A DNA stretch of 64,000 nucleotides from the NCBI GenBank assembly GCA_026391805.1, contig JAPLDJ010000017.1:19378-83377 (forward strand). Reading direction: 5' to 3'. This document shows positions 62,625-64,000 of this stretch, piece by piece. How positions within the stretch are numbered: position 1 is the first letter of the stretch; every line of letters begins with the position of its first letter. Under the pieces are notes generated by a model. The model worked only from the letters and a program-made list of their open reading frames with translations. It made no database searches and was not told the origin of the DNA. The translations under genes were made by a program, and so were the position numbers. Source of the stretch: Bacteroidota bacterium (GTDB lineage Bacteria; Bacteroidota; Bacteroidia; Bacteroidales; FEN-979).

Positions 62625-63350
62625 TTACCCCAGCACCGTATGCAGCACATGGTGGGACTGTATTTCCCTGAATCCGGCAACATGGAGCCGGTAATAAACC
62701 AGGATGGCTTCCAGTAACGCATCGCGGGTCTTCACAGAAATATGAACCGAAGCCGTTTCATTTTCAGGTGTCACTAAAAGCTGATGCATGATTTTACTCG
62801 TTTCGGCATCAAGATAATCCCGGTGTTCCGGAACGGCTCCCTGGAATGTCCCTTCCCTGAGGTTAAAAATGGGCGTCCGTTCCGAAAAGTTCATTTGTGG
62901 CATGCAGCCAAGATACCTGGTTAGGTGAAGCGAGAAGACCAGGTGAAAAAGAGCAAGGTTTTCCGTCGTGCTGTCGAGGTGAAGACAGGAATCATAAAGG
63001 AATGAAAAAAGTTCGGGATGCGGTTCTTCTTCATGAATGGTCTTATAGATAAGCTCATTGATGAAAAGCGCGACAGAACTCTTACGGATGTCGAAGGGAA
63101 TGGATTGATAAGGATGGGAATAATGGGCTTCCTTCAGCGTCTGAAGGGATGTTTTTTCTTTGTGATACACAACCAGGTCAAGCAGTGTCAGCGGCTGAAA
63201 CAGACCCGGTTTCATTCTTGCATGCTGCTTGCGGGTTCCTTTTACCAGGTACGGCTGCAATCCGAAGAGTTCGGTATAGATCTTTACAACGCTGCTGGTT
63301 TCAGAGTACTTGGTTGCATGTAACGCGATTCCCTTTGTCTGATGAAGCAT
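62625..63350 (-). CDS. recO: DNA repair protein RecO
   Basis: 241 aa. The N-terminal OB fold TKGIALHATKYSETSSVVKIYTELFG and overall layout are typical of RecO. Confidence 0.8.
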   Translation of the reverse strand: MLHQTKGIALHATKYSETSSVVKIYTELFGLQPYLVKGTRKQHARMKPGLFQPLTLLDLVVYHKEKTSLQTLKEAHYSHPYQSIPFDIRKSSVALFINELIYKTIHEEEPHPELFSFLYDSCLHLDSTTENLALFHLVFSLHLTRYLGCMPQMNFSERTPIFNLREGTFQGAVPEHRDYLDAETSKIMHQLLVTPENETASVHISVKTRDALLEAILVYYRLHVAGFREIQSHHVLHTVLG

Positions 63351-64000
63351 CAGTTAATGATGAGTATCCTGGTTACGACTTTTTCCGAACCCTTGGCATT
63401 CCCGGCGGTTACGAGATAAACCCCGGTTTTTGCTTTCCGTCCGTCGAAGTTCTTCCCGTCCCATACTGCCATGCCTCCGTCCGCCTTGGTCGTGTAAATA
63501 AGATTTCCTTCAATGTCTGTGATCCTGACCTCTGCATTTGTCACCAGTCCTTTGATCCCGATCATTCCTTCATAATCTTCTTTTACCGGGTTCGGGAATG
63601 CATATACATTCGAGAAACTTTCCCCGCCTTCGGTGGCTGTTCCCTGGTATGAGATCAGTCCCCGGTCGGTGCCAACAAAAACCTCACCTGTCCCTGGATT
63701 AATTGTCAGCCCAAGAATGTTATCGGAAAACAGTGGACTGTTTTCGGTGGTGAAATGATAGATCTGCCGGGTTCCGTCTTCCGAGAAAAGGTACAATCCG
63801 CCGCCTTCGGTGCCGATCCATTTCCGGTTTGCGCCGTCGACAGCCAGTGCAGTGACTTTTTCATTTTCCATCAGGTACTGGACATAAGCCCCTTGCTGAA
63901 CAAGGATCTGCTGTGCATCGAAATCCTGCCCGGTAAATATATTTTCAGGATTGTAAAAAACGCCGATCCCTTTTTCGGTCCCGACCCAAACCTGTCCGTT
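63350..64000 (-). CDS. C-terminal part of a beta-propeller (Reg_prop-type repeats) protein with T9SS sorting domain, PorZ-like; 5' end lies outside the window
   Basis: The frame stays open to position 64000. Repeats of the WIGTEGGGLYLF and VFVGTDRGLISY type. Sorting domain VYAFPNPVKEDYEG...GVYLVTAG...RILIIN. The stop codon overlaps the recO start. Confidence 0.6.
   Translation of the reverse strand, partial: NGQVWVGTEKGIGVFYNPENIFTGQDFDAQQILVQQGAYVQYLMENEKVTALAVDGANRKWIGTEGGGLYLFSEDGTRQIYHFTTENSPLFSDNILGLTINPGTGEVFVGTDRGLISYQGTATEGGESFSNVYAFPNPVKEDYEGMIGIKGLVTNAEVRITDIEGNLIYTTKADGGMAVWDGKNFDGRKAKTGVYLVTAGNAKGSEKVVTRILIIN

Noticed and set aside
1-64000. A search for tRNA, rRNA, tmRNA, RNase P or SRP RNA, and for transposase or integrase genes.
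   Set aside because: I could not find T-loop (GTTCGAATC-like) or anticodon-arm patterns, rRNA-like conserved blocks, or DDE or tyrosine-recombinase-like ORFs. A covariance-model scan would be needed to exclude small ncRNAs.

Overview
This window is a chromosomal segment of a Bacteroidota-type genome. The evidence is three proteins with T9SS C-terminal sorting domains, BACON domains, many lipoprotein signals, TAnnTTTG -7 promoter boxes 15-45 nt upstream of start codons, and no Shine-Dalgarno signal. I call about 60 protein-coding genes, mostly housekeeping and envelope functions. They include a MacB-type ABC exporter with its adaptor, a 2-TM K+ channel, MsrB/MsrA, an EF-G paralog, Fe-ADH, Kbl, AcpS and a SatP-like acetate channel. 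They also include a Pat-like ADP-forming acyl-CoA synthetase/GNAT fusion, frameshifted Tdh, a GT39 glycosyltransferase, CysS, TyrS, LysS, RecO and an ACE-like M2 peptidase. Envelope and efflux genes include two lytic transglycosylases (MltF-like, LysM/MltD-like), a CDF transporter and a long TetR-TolC-HlyD-ABC-2 efflux operon. I recognised no rRNA, tRNA, CRISPR array, transposase or integrase. Five things deserve a second look. (1) A compact acpS / acyl-AMP ligase / stand-alone carrier protein / alpha-oxoamine synthase cassette sits next to a second Kbl paralog and is a candidate uncharacterised aminoketone or amino-lipid pathway. (2) A T9SS-secreted protein closely resembles Porphyromonas peptidylarginine deiminase (PPAD). 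(3) A T9SS-secreted blue-copper (cupredoxin)-BACON protein is present. (4) Nearly every intergenic gap holds short 7-11 nt word arrays, several forming 100-150 bp imperfect palindromes that belong to dispersed families. (5) The L-threonine dehydrogenase gene carries a single-base frameshift. All functional calls rest on motifs read by eye. No database search was run.
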